Of a stretch of 49,930 nt of DNA, positions 1 through 10,800 are shown one piece after another. Position numbers and translations under genes: made by a program. The stretch lies in NCBI GenBank assembly GCA_046594925.1, contig JBKJQG010000132.1, positions 1-49,930 of the forward strand, written 5' to 3'. The DNA is from Bacteroidia bacterium (GTDB lineage: Bacteria; Bacteroidota; Bacteroidia; 2-12-FULL-35-15). Position 1 is the first letter of the stretch. Each line of letters starts with the position of its first letter. The notes under the pieces were generated by a model. That model did not search any database and had not been told where the DNA came from. It saw only the letters and a program-made list of their open reading frames with translations.

Positions 1-2
1 AA

Positions 3-182
3 AACCCGGTTGGAAAAATTGATGCTTACAATTACTTCTCCCTTGCAGGACTTATTGTGAATAAAGCTTTTTACGGACCTGATGGAAAAATGACCGTTCG
101 TTACAAAGAGCGTTACAAAGCAATCACAAAAGAGCAATTCGAGATCCTGTATTTGCAGATATTAAAATGTTCAACAAAATAG
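3..182 (+). CDS. 3' end of a gene running in from the left edge (hypothetical protein, partial)
   Basis: Open frame from position 3 (NPVGKIDAYNYFSLAG...LQILKCSTK) to TAG at 180-182, 2 nt before the ATG at 185. Confidence 0.6.
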   Translation, partial: NPVGKIDAYNYFSLAGLIVNKAFYGPDGKMTVRYKERYKAITKEQFEILYLQILKCSTK

Positions 183-184
183 AA

Positions 185-1711
185 ATGCGAAAGTTTTTCT
201 TCATACTCCTTTTTATTCCAGCTTTCGTAAATGCACAAAGCACGTTCACCGAAAACGTTGCTCCCATCATCTACAACAAATGCAGTTCTTGCCACAGAGC
301 AGGAGGCATTGCTCCTTTGCAATTCACGAGCTATGAAGAGGTTAAAAAAAATATTGGTATGATCTCCATGGCGGCTTTGGATCCAAAATCCAAATTCATG
401 CCGCCCTGGATGCCCGATACACAATACAGTCACTTCATTGATGAACGAGTATTGAGCGAAAAAGAAATGGAATCCATAAAGAACTGGATTAGCTCAGGAA
501 TGACAAAGGGCGACCTTGCCGCAGAACCAGACCTTCCGTCTTTCCCGAAAGACGCACAATTGGAGAAACCCGATCTGACCTTGTCGATGAAAGAAGCTTT
601 CCGTCATACCGGAAACAACGATGACGAATACCGCGTTTTTATCCTGCCGACGAATTTAAAAGAAGGTCACAATGTGTCAGCCATTGAAATTGTTCCGGGC
701 AATCCGAAAATTGCTCACCACATTATTCTTGGACTGGACACCACACAATTTGCAGAGAAACTGGATGCGAGAGATGAAGGATACGGTTATTCCCAGTATT
801 CCGGGTTTGGTTTTTATCCGACCTATGAAAATTGGAGCGGCTGGGTCCCTGGACAAAAAACAAGATTTTTTCCTGAGGGCATCAGCAACTATATTTTACC
901 AAATTCGAAAGTGCTTCTGCAGATGCATTATGGCCCGTCGCCGATAGACGCATGGGATTCTACTTCGGTAAACATCTACTACAGCAAAACGCCGGTCAAC
1001 CGTTATTTAAAAGGTTGGGTGATCAGTCCGAATGATATAAAAGACGGTCCTTTCTTCATAAAGGCGAACAGCAAACCAACATTCCACGCGCAATACAAGG
1101 TAGTGGGCGACTGCAGTCTGATCAGCGTTACACCTCATGCTCACTGGCTGGGTAAAAAATGGGAAGTGTTTGCCGTGCATCCGAATGGTGACACCACAAA
1201 CCTGATCCGTATCAAAGACTGGGATTTCAATTGGCAGAATTTTTTCAGTTATAAGAAGTTCATCAAATTAGAGAAAGGAAGCATCATCTATTGCAACGTC
1301 ACTTACGACAATACCGAAAAGAATTACCGTAACCCCAATCGTCCGATCAAGAATGTTGCCTGGGGCGAAAGCGCCAAGGATGAAATGTTTCTCTTCTACT
1401 TCGCCTATGTCGACTACAAGAACGGTGACGAGAACATGGAGATCGGCGGAAGCATGAATTCCTTTGATCCTATTTACAGTGCGGAGAAAAAATGTGTGAA
1501 TATTTTCTATAATTTAGCAGAGAATACAGATGTGCACATTAGGCTCTGCGACAGCAACAACAAGATTGTAGTTAATCATGAAGCGAAGATAGAAACGGAT
1601 GCCGGAAAGCACGAAACGCTTCTCCACACGACTTCTTTAAAACCTGGAACTTACTGGTGTAAATTCTCAACCGCGACCTATACTGAAACTAAAAAAATTG
1701 TTATATTGTAA
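185..1711 (+). CDS. Secreted heme c (CxxCH) / copper type II (PHM/DBH-like) monooxygenase-domain protein with C-terminal beta domain
   Basis: Signal peptide MRKFFFILLFIPAFVNA, so ATG 185 is preferred over 167. CSSCH motif. Candidate Cu ligands AHHI, QMHY, PHAH and DEMF. WDFNWQ motif. C-terminus LKPGTYW...TKKIVIL resembles a T9SS sorting domain. Confidence 0.75.
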   Translation: MRKFFFILLFIPAFVNAQSTFTENVAPIIYNKCSSCHRAGGIAPLQFTSYEEVKKNIGMISMAALDPKSKFMPPWMPDTQYSHFIDERVLSEKEMESIKNWISSGMTKGDLAAEPDLPSFPKDAQLEKPDLTLSMKEAFRHTGNNDDEYRVFILPTNLKEGHNVSAIEIVPGNPKIAHHIILGLDTTQFAEKLDARDEGYGYSQYSGFGFYPTYENWSGWVPGQKTRFFPEGISNYILPNSKVLLQMHYGPSPIDAWDSTSVNIYYSKTPVNRYLKGWVISPNDIKDGPFFIKANSKPTFHAQYKVVGDCSLISVTPHAHWLGKKWEVFAVHPNGDTTNLIRIKDWDFNWQNFFSYKKFIKLEKGSIIYCNVTYDNTEKNYRNPNRPIKNVAWGESAKDEMFLFYFAYVDYKNGDENMEIGGSMNSFDPIYSAEKKCVNIFYNLAENTDVHIRLCDSNNKIVVNHEAKIETDAGKHETLLHTTSLKPGTYWCKFSTATYTETKKIVIL

Positions 1712-1720
1712 TTTTACAAC

Positions 1721-1743
1721 CCGTCAGCCTGAGCGTAGTCGAA
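1721..1743 (+). repeat. Short REP-like intergenic repeat CCGTCAGCCTGAGCGTAGTCGAA
   Basis: 22/23 identical to the reverse complement of 23127-23149; related copies at 26080-26104 and 35425-35460. Confidence 0.7.
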
Positions 1744-1767
1744 TGGCAAAAGAGATAAAACAAAAAA

Positions 1768-2280
1768 ATGAGCGAAGAAATCATAAATAAAGTTTCGCAA
1801 AGCGGATTGGTAACGATAGACTTGGAAACATTCTATCCCGAAGGAGAACGCTTTTTGTTCGACATTAAAGACCTTTTGTTTCAGGGATTGATCTTGAAAG
1901 AAAAAGATTTCCGTGAATTCATAAAGAACGAAGACTGGAGCAAATACAAGGAAAAATACGTTGCGCTGATCTGTTCTGCCGATGCAATTGTTCCCACTTG
2001 GGCTTACATGTTATTGGCAACGCAATTGGAACCGGTGGCGAAGAAAGTGGTGTTCGGAGATCTGGAAACTTTGGAAACGATTCTTTATTCAGAGATCTTG
2101 AACAAATTGGATGTTGCTGAATACAAAGACGCCAGGATAGTCATTAAAGGCTGCGGAGATCTTCCTGTTCCTAAATCGGCTTACGTTCAGATAACTAGTA
2201 TGCTTCGCCCTTTAGCTAAGAGCATTATGTATGGTGAACCTTGTTCTACAGTTCCTCTATATAAGAAGGCAAAAGAATAA
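1768..2280 (+). CDS. DUF2480 family protein
   Basis: EIINKVSQSGLVTIDLE, LILKEKDFRE, CSADAIVPTWAYML, IKGCG and SIMYGEPCSTVP are typical of this Bacteroidota family. Confidence 0.85.
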   Translation: MSEEIINKVSQSGLVTIDLETFYPEGERFLFDIKDLLFQGLILKEKDFREFIKNEDWSKYKEKYVALICSADAIVPTWAYMLLATQLEPVAKKVVFGDLETLETILYSEILNKLDVAEYKDARIVIKGCGDLPVPKSAYVQITSMLRPLAKSIMYGEPCSTVPLYKKAKE

Positions 2281-2284
2281 GAGA

Positions 2285-3181
2285 TTATCTTATCACCACA
2301 AATTTTCCTGTGATCTTAACGGAATTTTCGGATTCAAAAGAATAGATGTAAGTATCGGATGCTAATTGCGAGATGTCGATATTTTTTGTGCTTTCAGATA
2401 TTTCTTCAACAAATACTAATCTCCCTGTTAAGTCCATTATCTTCAAAATTCCATTTGAGCGACCGTTTCGTTCGATCTGAAGAAAATTTTGTGTCGGATT
2501 TGGGAACACGCTGAAAGCAGAATCCGCGAACATTTCTGAAACTCCTAAATAACCGTAGCATTGGGTTCCCCATAGTTGGATATCATTCTCAGAGACGCAA
2601 GCGTGAATTCCCCAGACTCCCGTCCCCAGAATAATTGGAGAGCAAAGACCTTGTGAACTTCCGATGCTTTCGATGTAAAATTCACCGTTATTCAAATAGA
2701 CTATTTTTCTGATGGCCCCATCAAGAAGAACTGTGTCTCCTACACTGTCCACAACAAGCGTTTGACCTAGTCCTGCATAATAAGAGTTTAATGTATCTCC
2801 CGCGATAAGAGTAAAATCGTAAAGCAAAGCATCAGAATTATTTCCCTGATCAAATACAAAAACTTTTTTTGCTGTTGTATCCTCGCGCATGAAAGCCCAG
2901 ATAGTTGAGACAGAACCGTCGACTGCAAAAGGAGGACAATATGGTCCAGGGTTTACATTGACAATCGGATACCCTCTGATGATCTGGTATGTTTGTCCCA
3001 TAATCAAAGTATCATCTCCCTGAAAAAAGTATTGATTTCCTCCGCTCAGACTGCAAATTTGAGAACCATCGCCTTGAAGGATGTCCCAAAACGTATTTGT
3101 CCGGACCAAAGGATGGTAGACCTGTCCGTAGGAAGCAACTCCCATGAGAATTTGCAAAATTATCAGATGGAATCTTCTCAT
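2285..3181 (-). CDS. T9SS type A sorting-domain secreted protein
   Basis: Signal peptide; LLYDFTL..GDT and IESIGS motifs; C-terminal domain FPNPT...IMDLTGR...IDISQL...GKFVVIR. Confidence 0.8.
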   Translation of the reverse strand: MRRFHLIILQILMGVASYGQVYHPLVRTNTFWDILQGDGSQICSLSGGNQYFFQGDDTLIMGQTYQIIRGYPIVNVNPGPYCPPFAVDGSVSTIWAFMREDTTAKKVFVFDQGNNSDALLYDFTLIAGDTLNSYYAGLGQTLVVDSVGDTVLLDGAIRKIVYLNNGEFYIESIGSSQGLCSPIILGTGVWGIHACVSENDIQLWGTQCYGYLGVSEMFADSAFSVFPNPTQNFLQIERNGRSNGILKIMDLTGRLVFVEEISESTKNIDISQLASDTYIYSFESENSVKITGKFVVIR

Positions 3182-3196
3182 GGTTGTTAACTAAAA

Positions 3197-5812
3197 TTAC
3201 TCCTCCCCTTCTTTATCCAAATGCTGCTGTACCACTTCGATTGCATTTGTGATCACATCACTTAATGCGGTAATAAAACTACCATCCTTTGCAATATTAA
3301 TCGCGTGCTTAATGGCATCTGTTTCTTTCGGAATGATCTCATAGGTTACTTCTTTATCCACCGATTTAATTCCTTCGATAATTAAATTGATGATCTCTTC
3401 TTCGGTTCTTCCGCGCAAATGTTTTTCCTGACGGATGATGATGTGATCGAACATTCTTGCTGCAATCACTGCACAATCCTTGATGTCGCTATCTCTTCTA
3501 TCGCCTACTCCAGCAATGATTCCGACTTTATGTGGAGACTGGATACTTTGCAAGAAATCTTCGATGCCTAAATAGCCGGAAGGATTGTGAGCAAAATCGA
3601 TCATCACTTTGAATTTCTTGAAGTCGAAGATGTTCATTCGGCCAGGAGTTTGCGCAGCACTCGGAATGAAGGTTGCCAAAGAAGTTTTGATGTCCTCTGT
3701 TTTGAATCCCCACAAGTAACTTGCTAATGTCGCTGCCAGCACATTCGCTATCATGAATTTTGCTTTCCCGTTCAAAGTCAAAGGAACGTGTGTTGCTTTT
3801 TCAACACGCATCTTCCAGTCGCCTTTTTTGATGGTGATGTATCCATTCTCATAGATCGCAGCAATTCCGCCTGTGCGGCAGTGATTCACGATCACGTCGC
3901 AATGTTCGTTCATGCTGAAGTAAGCCACTTTGCAATCCACTTCTTTCGCAATTTCCACACAGTTCACATCGTCAGCATTCAATACAGCCCAACCACCTTT
4001 TTTAACGCTGTTCACTACCACTGCTTTCACACGTGAAAGATCTTTCAGATCGTGAATGTCGCTGATGCCCAAATGATCTTCCTGAATGTTGGTGATGATC
4101 CCGATGTCGCAGCGGCTGAATCCTAAACCGGAACGGAGGATTCCTCCTCGTGCTGTTTCGAGAACTGCAAATTCCACTGTCGGATCTTTCAGAATAAACT
4201 CCGTGCTCAGAGGTCCGGTAGTATCGCCCTTTTCGAGCATGTGGTTCTGAACATAAATTCCGTCGGAAGTCGTAAAGCCGACTTTGTATCCGTTGTTTTT
4301 TACTATGTGAGCGATCAAACGCGTGGTGGTTGTTTTTCCATTTGTCCCTGTCACTGCAATGATAGGAATGCGTGAAGGTTTTCCCAAAGGATACAACATG
4401 TCTATCACCGGAGCGGCCACGTTGCGGGGCAACCCTTCTGAAGGCGCCAGGTGCATGCGGAATCCTGGTGCTGCGTTCACTTCCAAAATAACGCCTCCAT
4501 TTTCTTTCAGCGATTGCGTTAAATTTTTTGCCATGATGTCGATTCCGCAAACATCCAATCCTATGACACGGGAAATTCTCTCAGCAAGGAAAATATTTTC
4601 AGGGTGCAACATTTCGGTCACGTCGATGGACGTTCCGCCGGTACTTAAATTCGCAGTTGATTTTAAATAAACCACTTCCTTAGCGGGTGGAACGCTTTCC
4701 AAAGTATAATTCTTCTTTTCCAGCAGGTCCATCGTGTCGCGGTCGACTGTGATCTCCGTCAGTACGTTTTCGTGTCCGTACCCTCGTCGAGGATCTCTGT
4801 TCGTTTCATCGATGAGTTGCTGAACCGTTTGTTTTCCATCCCCGATCACATTTGCCGGCACGCGTTGAGCTGCTGCTACCAGTTTATTGTCTATGACCAG
4901 CATGCGGAAGTCATACCCCGTTATAAATTTCTCGACGATTACTTTACGTGAATATTTTTGTGCAAAAGCCAGTCCGGCGACTGCATCCTCGTATTTATTG
5001 ATGTTGATGGAAACCCCTTTTCCGTGATTTCCGTCCAGAGGTTTTAAAACCACGGGGTAGCCTATGCGTTTGATGATGTTTTCCAGATCTTCTTCATCCA
5101 CACAGATCCCGCCTTTCGCAACGGGAATAGAAGCAGCATCCAGCATTTGTTTGGTTTGTTCTTTATTGCAAGCAATGTCAACGGCGATACTGCTGGTCTT
5201 GCAAGTAATGGTCGCCTGAAAGCGCATCTGGTTCACGCCATAACCCAACTGAACAAGGGAATTTGAGCCCAAACGGATCCAAGGGATGTCCCTGGCCACG
5301 GCTTCGTCCACAATACTGCCGGTGCTTGGCCCAAGGCGGACATCCTCGCGGATCTCACGCATTTTTTTCAGATCAGCCTGCAGGTCGTAGGGAACATTGT
5401 CGGCCAATGCCTGGGCAATCTGAACCGCCGATTCAGCAGCAAAAATGCCTACTTTTTCCTCCACATAGCTAAAAACAACGTTGTAAACGCCAGGCGTCTT
5501 GGTTTCGCGGGTTCTTCCGTATCCAGTTTCCATTCCAGCAAGCGACTGAGTCTCCAGGGCAATGTGTTCTATTACGTGCCCCATCCAGGTGCCTCTTTCA
5601 ACACGTTGAAAAAAGCCTCCGCGAACCTCTTCCGAGCAGCGGTGCTCTATCATTGTTGGGAACATGGCTTCCAGCCTTTCTTTGAATCCCTTGATTTTAT
5701 TCGTTGGCAGCTGTTCCATTCCTTCCAGGTCCAGCCTCATTTGTATCAATTTTTTTCTGCTTACGCTCCAGATGTTCGGGCCTCTCAATGCTTGTATGCT
5801 AAGTGCTTTCAT
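3197..5812 (-). CDS. cphA: Cyanophycin synthetase CphA1
   Basis: LRGPNIWS N-terminus; Cx19HxxEH N-domain site; ATP-grasp (KPLDGNHGKG, ANLSTGG, EVNAAPGFRMH); Mur-ligase-like domain (GTNGKTTT, ETARGG, PGRMN, DFAHNP). Confidence 0.97.
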   Translation of the reverse strand: MKALSIQALRGPNIWSVSRKKLIQMRLDLEGMEQLPTNKIKGFKERLEAMFPTMIEHRCSEEVRGGFFQRVERGTWMGHVIEHIALETQSLAGMETGYGRTRETKTPGVYNVVFSYVEEKVGIFAAESAVQIAQALADNVPYDLQADLKKMREIREDVRLGPSTGSIVDEAVARDIPWIRLGSNSLVQLGYGVNQMRFQATITCKTSSIAVDIACNKEQTKQMLDAASIPVAKGGICVDEEDLENIIKRIGYPVVLKPLDGNHGKGVSININKYEDAVAGLAFAQKYSRKVIVEKFITGYDFRMLVIDNKLVAAAQRVPANVIGDGKQTVQQLIDETNRDPRRGYGHENVLTEITVDRDTMDLLEKKNYTLESVPPAKEVVYLKSTANLSTGGTSIDVTEMLHPENIFLAERISRVIGLDVCGIDIMAKNLTQSLKENGGVILEVNAAPGFRMHLAPSEGLPRNVAAPVIDMLYPLGKPSRIPIIAVTGTNGKTTTTRLIAHIVKNNGYKVGFTTSDGIYVQNHMLEKGDTTGPLSTEFILKDPTVEFAVLETARGGILRSGLGFSRCDIGIITNIQEDHLGISDIHDLKDLSRVKAVVVNSVKKGGWAVLNADDVNCVEIAKEVDCKVAYFSMNEHCDVIVNHCRTGGIAAIYENGYITIKKGDWKMRVEKATHVPLTLNGKAKFMIANVLAATLASYLWGFKTEDIKTSLATFIPSAAQTPGRMNIFDFKKFKVMIDFAHNPSGYLGIEDFLQSIQSPHKVGIIAGVGDRRDSDIKDCAVIAARMFDHIIIRQEKHLRGRTEEEIINLIIEGIKSVDKEVTYEIIPKETDAIKHAINIAKDGSFITALSDVITNAIEVVQQHLDKEGEE

Positions 5813-6007
5813 AAATTAAGAATTGGTGTTTAATGCTGTATTACTTGAAAAAAATGCCCCAAAACAGGGCACAAAGGGATGTAAGATAGCACGAAATTTT
5901 CTGAAATCAAAGAAAAAATCGGCAGGACGGTGATAATCCACAGTGACCTTTTGATAAAAAACATTTTTCGGTCAAAATGATGTTGTTTTTTCTGATATTT
6001 TTATGAC

Positions 6008-6898
6008 ATGAATCCAAAAGGTAAATTAATTGTCATCGGTGGGGCTGTTGACAAAGGCAGTTTCACTGAAAAGAATTTCGACAAGCAGGTAGAAAAAAAC
6101 CTGAATTTTTTTGAGACCGGAATTTTAAAACGTCTGCTCATTGAATCCAGATTGAAAGAAGAATCTCAGATCGAGATCATCACTACAGCATCGAAAATCC
6201 CGAAGGAAGTAGGCCCCGAATATGCCAAGGCACTTGAATACCTCGGAGCAAAAAATGTGAGTGTCCTGCACATTGAGACACGCGCAGAAGCTTTACTAGA
6301 GGAGAATGCCGCGAGAGTGAGTAAAGCGGACGTGGTACTTTTTACCGGTGGGGATCAGTTGCGTTTATCATCCATTCTCGGAGGAACACCCATTCACGAC
6401 CTCATTTTAAAAAAATACGTACTCGAAGATTTTATATATGCCGGAACATCGGCAGGAGCTGCAGCAGCCTCCAACAGCATGATCTATCAAGGATCCAGCA
6501 GCGAAGCTTTGTTAAAAGGAGAAGTAAAGATCACGAGCGGATTGGGCCTGATCGATCATGTGATCATTGATACGCATTTTGTCCACCGGGGAAGAATAGG
6601 AAGATTGTTTCAAGCGGTCGTTGGAAATCCCCGTACCCTGGGCATAGGGTTGGGAGAAGATACCGGGCTGTTGATCACCAATGGGGACTCTATGGAAGCC
6701 ATCGGATCCGGACTAATCATTCTGGTGGATGGACGCAACATTAAAGACACCAACCTGACACACGTAGAGATGGGCACTCCGATCTCGATAAAGCACCTGG
6801 TGGTGCATGTGATGAGTAAGCACGATCATTACGACCTGACCAAACATGAAATGACCATACACATGCAGGTTCCTTTGAAAACGACCACAGATAAATAA
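6008..6898 (+). CDS. cphB: Cyanophycinase (peptidase S51)
   Basis: LIVIGGAVDK, FTGGDQLRL, GTSAGA nucleophile motif, IDTHF..RGR.GRL and GLGEDT; adjacent to cphA. Confidence 0.93.
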   Translation: MNPKGKLIVIGGAVDKGSFTEKNFDKQVEKNLNFFETGILKRLLIESRLKEESQIEIITTASKIPKEVGPEYAKALEYLGAKNVSVLHIETRAEALLEENAARVSKADVVLFTGGDQLRLSSILGGTPIHDLILKKYVLEDFIYAGTSAGAAAASNSMIYQGSSSEALLKGEVKITSGLGLIDHVIIDTHFVHRGRIGRLFQAVVGNPRTLGIGLGEDTGLLITNGDSMEAIGSGLIILVDGRNIKDTNLTHVEMGTPISIKHLVVHVMSKHDHYDLTKHEMTIHMQVPLKTTTDK

Positions 6899-6972
6899 CC
6901 CTCCTGCGCTTCGTCCTTCGTAGTTACTACTAAGGAGAAGGATTAAAAGCTTCGGAGGATAAAAAACACAAC

Positions 6973-7815
6973 ATGAAACTAATAATTCACGGCGGATTTT
7001 TCAGCGAGTCATCGCAAAGTGCCGAAACCAAACTCGCCAAGCAAGAGGCACTGAAACGCGTACTAAAAGCTTCTTATGAATACCTAAAAACGCATACAGC
7101 ACTGGAAACGGTGGTTCATGCCGTGGAACAGCTGGAGGACGACGAACTTTTTAATGCCGGCATAGGTTCTCAGATCCAAAGTGATGGCAAGATCCGGATG
7201 AGCGCGTCTATAATGGATGGAAAAACGACAAAGTTCAGCGGAGTGATCAACATTGAGAACGTAAAAAATCCTATCCGCGTTGCCGAAAAATTATTTACCA
7301 CACAAGACAGAGTATTGGGAGGAGAAGGTGCAACGGTTTATGCACGACTGAATAAGTTTGATTTCTTCAATCCGGAAATTCAACAAAGAAGAAAAGAATA
7401 CGAAGCAAAATTAGGAAGCAAATCATTGGGCACAGTGGGCTGTGTGGCGCTAGATTCAACCGGCAACCTGGCAGCAGCCACCTCCACCGGAGGAAAAGGA
7501 TTTGAAGTGCCGGGAAGGATTTCTGATTCTGCAACAACTGCTGGAAATTTCGCAAATGAATTCTGTGGAGTTAGCTGTACAGGAATAGGAGAAGACATTG
7601 TGAGTGCGGCAGTAGCTTCTAGCATTGTTGCACGGGTAAGTGACGGAACTTCGATTGAAACTGCTTTTGAAAGAACCTTCGCAGCATTGAAAAAGATAGA
7701 TGGTTTCGCTGGTGCAATCGCCATCGACCACAAAGGAAATATCCACAACCTGGACTCACACCCAAGTATGGTTTACGGCAGTTTTGACGGAAGCAACATC
7801 AAAGTTTTCGGATAA
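6973..7815 (+). CDS. iaaA: Isoaspartyl peptidase / L-asparaginase (Ntn hydrolase)
   Basis: IIHGG, LEDDELFNAGIGS, autocleavage site G-TVGCVALD, AATSTGG, GRISDS and CTGIGEDI. Confidence 0.9.
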   Translation: MKLIIHGGFFSESSQSAETKLAKQEALKRVLKASYEYLKTHTALETVVHAVEQLEDDELFNAGIGSQIQSDGKIRMSASIMDGKTTKFSGVINIENVKNPIRVAEKLFTTQDRVLGGEGATVYARLNKFDFFNPEIQQRRKEYEAKLGSKSLGTVGCVALDSTGNLAAATSTGGKGFEVPGRISDSATTAGNFANEFCGVSCTGIGEDIVSAAVASSIVARVSDGTSIETAFERTFAALKKIDGFAGAIAIDHKGNIHNLDSHPSMVYGSFDGSNIKVFG

Positions 7816-7831
7816 AATTCTCTCCCTTTAT

Positions 7832-7877
7832 TAAATAAAAAATCCTCTCCTTTTTACAGGAGAGGATTTTTTATTTA
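7832..7877. terminator. Bidirectional rho-independent terminator between convergent iaaA and the large T9SS gene
   Basis: Perfect 20-bp inverted repeat TAAATAAAAAATCCTCTCCT-TTTTAC-AGGAGAGGATTTTTTATTTA with T-tracts on both strands. Confidence 0.9.
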
Positions 7878-7892
7878 GTTGTAGTGATATGC

Positions 7893-10800
7893 TTACTGAA
7901 CAATCAGTTTTTGGATTCTCACCTCAGCACCTGTGTTTACTTTAATGTAGTACAAGCCTTTAGCTACTTCTTCCAAATTGATTTGTTTATTGAATGATCC
8001 GCTCACATTCTTATCTGCAGAAGTAAACACTTCTTTTCCTTGGATGTCAACAATGCTGATCACTAACTCCGCAATGTTTGCGTTGTTGATGGAGATATTG
8101 AACATTCCCATTGTTGGGTTAGGATAAACCGACCACTCATTTGTCGAGTTGTTAGCAATTCCTGCGCCGATGATCATCACACAAGCAGAAGTATCCACAC
8201 AACCATTGTCCGTCACCTCAACTGCATAACTTCCGTCAGCGGTTGCCGAATAACTTTGACTGGTTGCACCAGAGATTGGCAGAGAAGTTCCGCAATTGAT
8301 CCACTGGTAAGTTCCAACTGATGAGTTAGAAGTGATCACAGACAAAGAAGTAGTCGTCGTCACATCAATTGTTGTTACAGTGATGGTAGTCGTTACTGTA
8401 CTGTCGCAAGAATTTGCAGCGCTTAACACGTCGGTATAAGTACCTGCGGTGGTGTAAGTATTTGTTCCAACCGTTACAGATCCTGAACCACAGAAGTTAA
8501 AACTTTGTGCACTTGCGATAGCTGCTGGCTGAGTGATGGATAAGTTGACTGCACCCACACATCCGTTTGTATCTGTTACTGTGTAAGTAGTTGTTCCTGC
8601 TAACTGGAAGAATGTTCCTTCACCGGTATAGCCAGGAGTTCCGTCCATACCTGTCACAGTCACCAGTGTTGAATCACCGTTACACATAATAGGAGAGAAA
8701 GAAGTCATTACCATTACAGCTGTTGGCTCTGTAAGGGTTGCACTTGTTGTTGCTGTACAACCGTTTGCATCTGTAACGGTATAGACAGTTGTTCCGGCTC
8801 CTTGCATCATTGAACCGTCTCCTGTGTAAGGACTAGTTCCGCCTGTTGCAGATACAACCACAGCAGTAGTTCCTCCGTTACAAAGAATTGATCCTGATAC
8901 TGAATTAGTAGCAGCAAGTACAGCTGGTTCTGTAACAGTTACAGAAGCTGTTCCAGTACATCCGTTAGCATCTGTTACAGTGTAAACCACTGTTCCGGCT
9001 GTTTGTGAGAATGTATTCGAACCTGAAGTAAAAGGAACTGCATAAGGAGTTGTACCTCCGGTCGCCATGATGGTGACAGAAGATGATCCACCGTTACACA
9101 ACACACCTGTTTCAGAATAACTAACAGCGACTGCTGTAGGCTCTGTGATGGTCGTGCTGGTTGTTGCAGTACATCCGTTTGCGTCGGTCACCGTATAAGT
9201 AGTTGATCCAGCAACTTGAGGCATCGCTCCGGTTCCTGTATAAGAAGGAGTTCCGCCGCTTGCAGAAACCGTTACAGTTCCCGTTCCGCCGTTACACATG
9301 ATTGGTGAAGTCTCGCTGGAAGTTGCAACCAATAGTGTTGGTTGAGTCAACGTTACCGAAGCTGTTCCGGTACATCCGTTTGCATCGGTAACAGTATAAA
9401 CTGTTGTTCCGGCAGATTGAGAGAATGACCCTGTTCCTGTCAATGTTCCTGTTCCACCCGTTGCAGAAATTGCAACTGAAGCTGAACCACCGAAACAAGA
9501 AATTGTACCAGGTGTTGCAGTTACTGCGATCACGGTTGGTTCAGTAACAACCACTGAAGTTGTTCCTGTACATCCGTTAGCATCGGTAACAGTATAAACT
9601 GTTGTTCCGGCAGATTGTGTAAATGAACCCGTTCCTGTTAATGTTCCAGTTCCTCCTGTTGCAGAAATTGTAACTGTAGATGTGCCACCATTACATAAAA
9701 CTGTTGTTTGAGAAGAAGTCACTGCGATAGGAGTTGGTTCTGTAATTGTTCCTGTCGCAGTAGAGGAACATCCGTTCACATCTGTTACAGTATAAGAATA
9801 AGCGCCTGCAGAAGCAGTGAATGAACCTGTTCCTGTATAAGCAGGGGTTCCACCTGTTGCAGAAACTGTTACTGTAGAAGTTCCACCGTTACACAAAATA
9901 GTAGTTGATGTTGCTGATGCCACAGGGGTAGGATTTGCAGTAATTGCAACTGTCGCTGAAGCGGAACAACCAGCTGTAGACGTAGCAACGACTGTGTACG
10001 TTTCACTGGTCATGATTGCAGATGCTGTCGGATTTGAAACCGTGGTACTACTCAGATAAGTACCAGGCGACCACAGATAAGAAATGCTGCTCGCAGTTCC
10101 TCCTGTAATGTTCACTGTATAATCCTCTACCTGTCCGTATGTTGAAGTACCGCATGGCGTAGAGTTTGGTCCAGAACTTTGATCCTGAAGTCTGATACGC
10201 ATACGAGTAGTTCCGTTAAGAGCAGTTACTGGAATGGTAATGTTACCAGTAACAACTGTAGCAGTTCCGGCGCAAGTAGGACAAAATGTACTGATAGCTG
10301 CGTTCAATACGTTCTCAGCCGGGTTAGCAAATACACCATCCTGGTTCATGTCCACCCAGATGTGGATGCGGTCATCCGTTGCATAGGCTTGTGACACACC
10401 AATACTGATTGGCGTTGACACAGTTGCTGCAACGTTCGTACTTACAGCTGTAAAGTTTTCGTAACCTGCTGTAGCCGATGAGGTATTGTTAATCGTACCA
10501 AATGTTAAGTTAGATATTTTTTCAAATGAAAGGCTGGTAGCCGATGCAGTACAATATGCAGCGATCACAGGTGAAGCAACCGCTGTTAAAGCTGAATTTC
10601 CACCAGCACAAACTGTTGAAGGTGTCGCTGTAGCTGAAGTGATAGCAATCGCATTGTTTGAAGTGATCAGAGCGGTTGCAGTACTTGTACAACCATTTCC
10701 ATCCGTTCCGGTAACAGTATAAGTTGTTGTTCCGGTAGGACTAGCATTCACGTTTGCTCCTGTTGTAGAAGACAATCCCGCTGCAGGCAACCAAGCGTAT

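Noticed and set aside
99-120. Direct repeat CGTTACAAAG x2
   Set aside because: It is an in-frame coding duplication (RYK-E-RYK) within the partial gene and too short to be meaningful.
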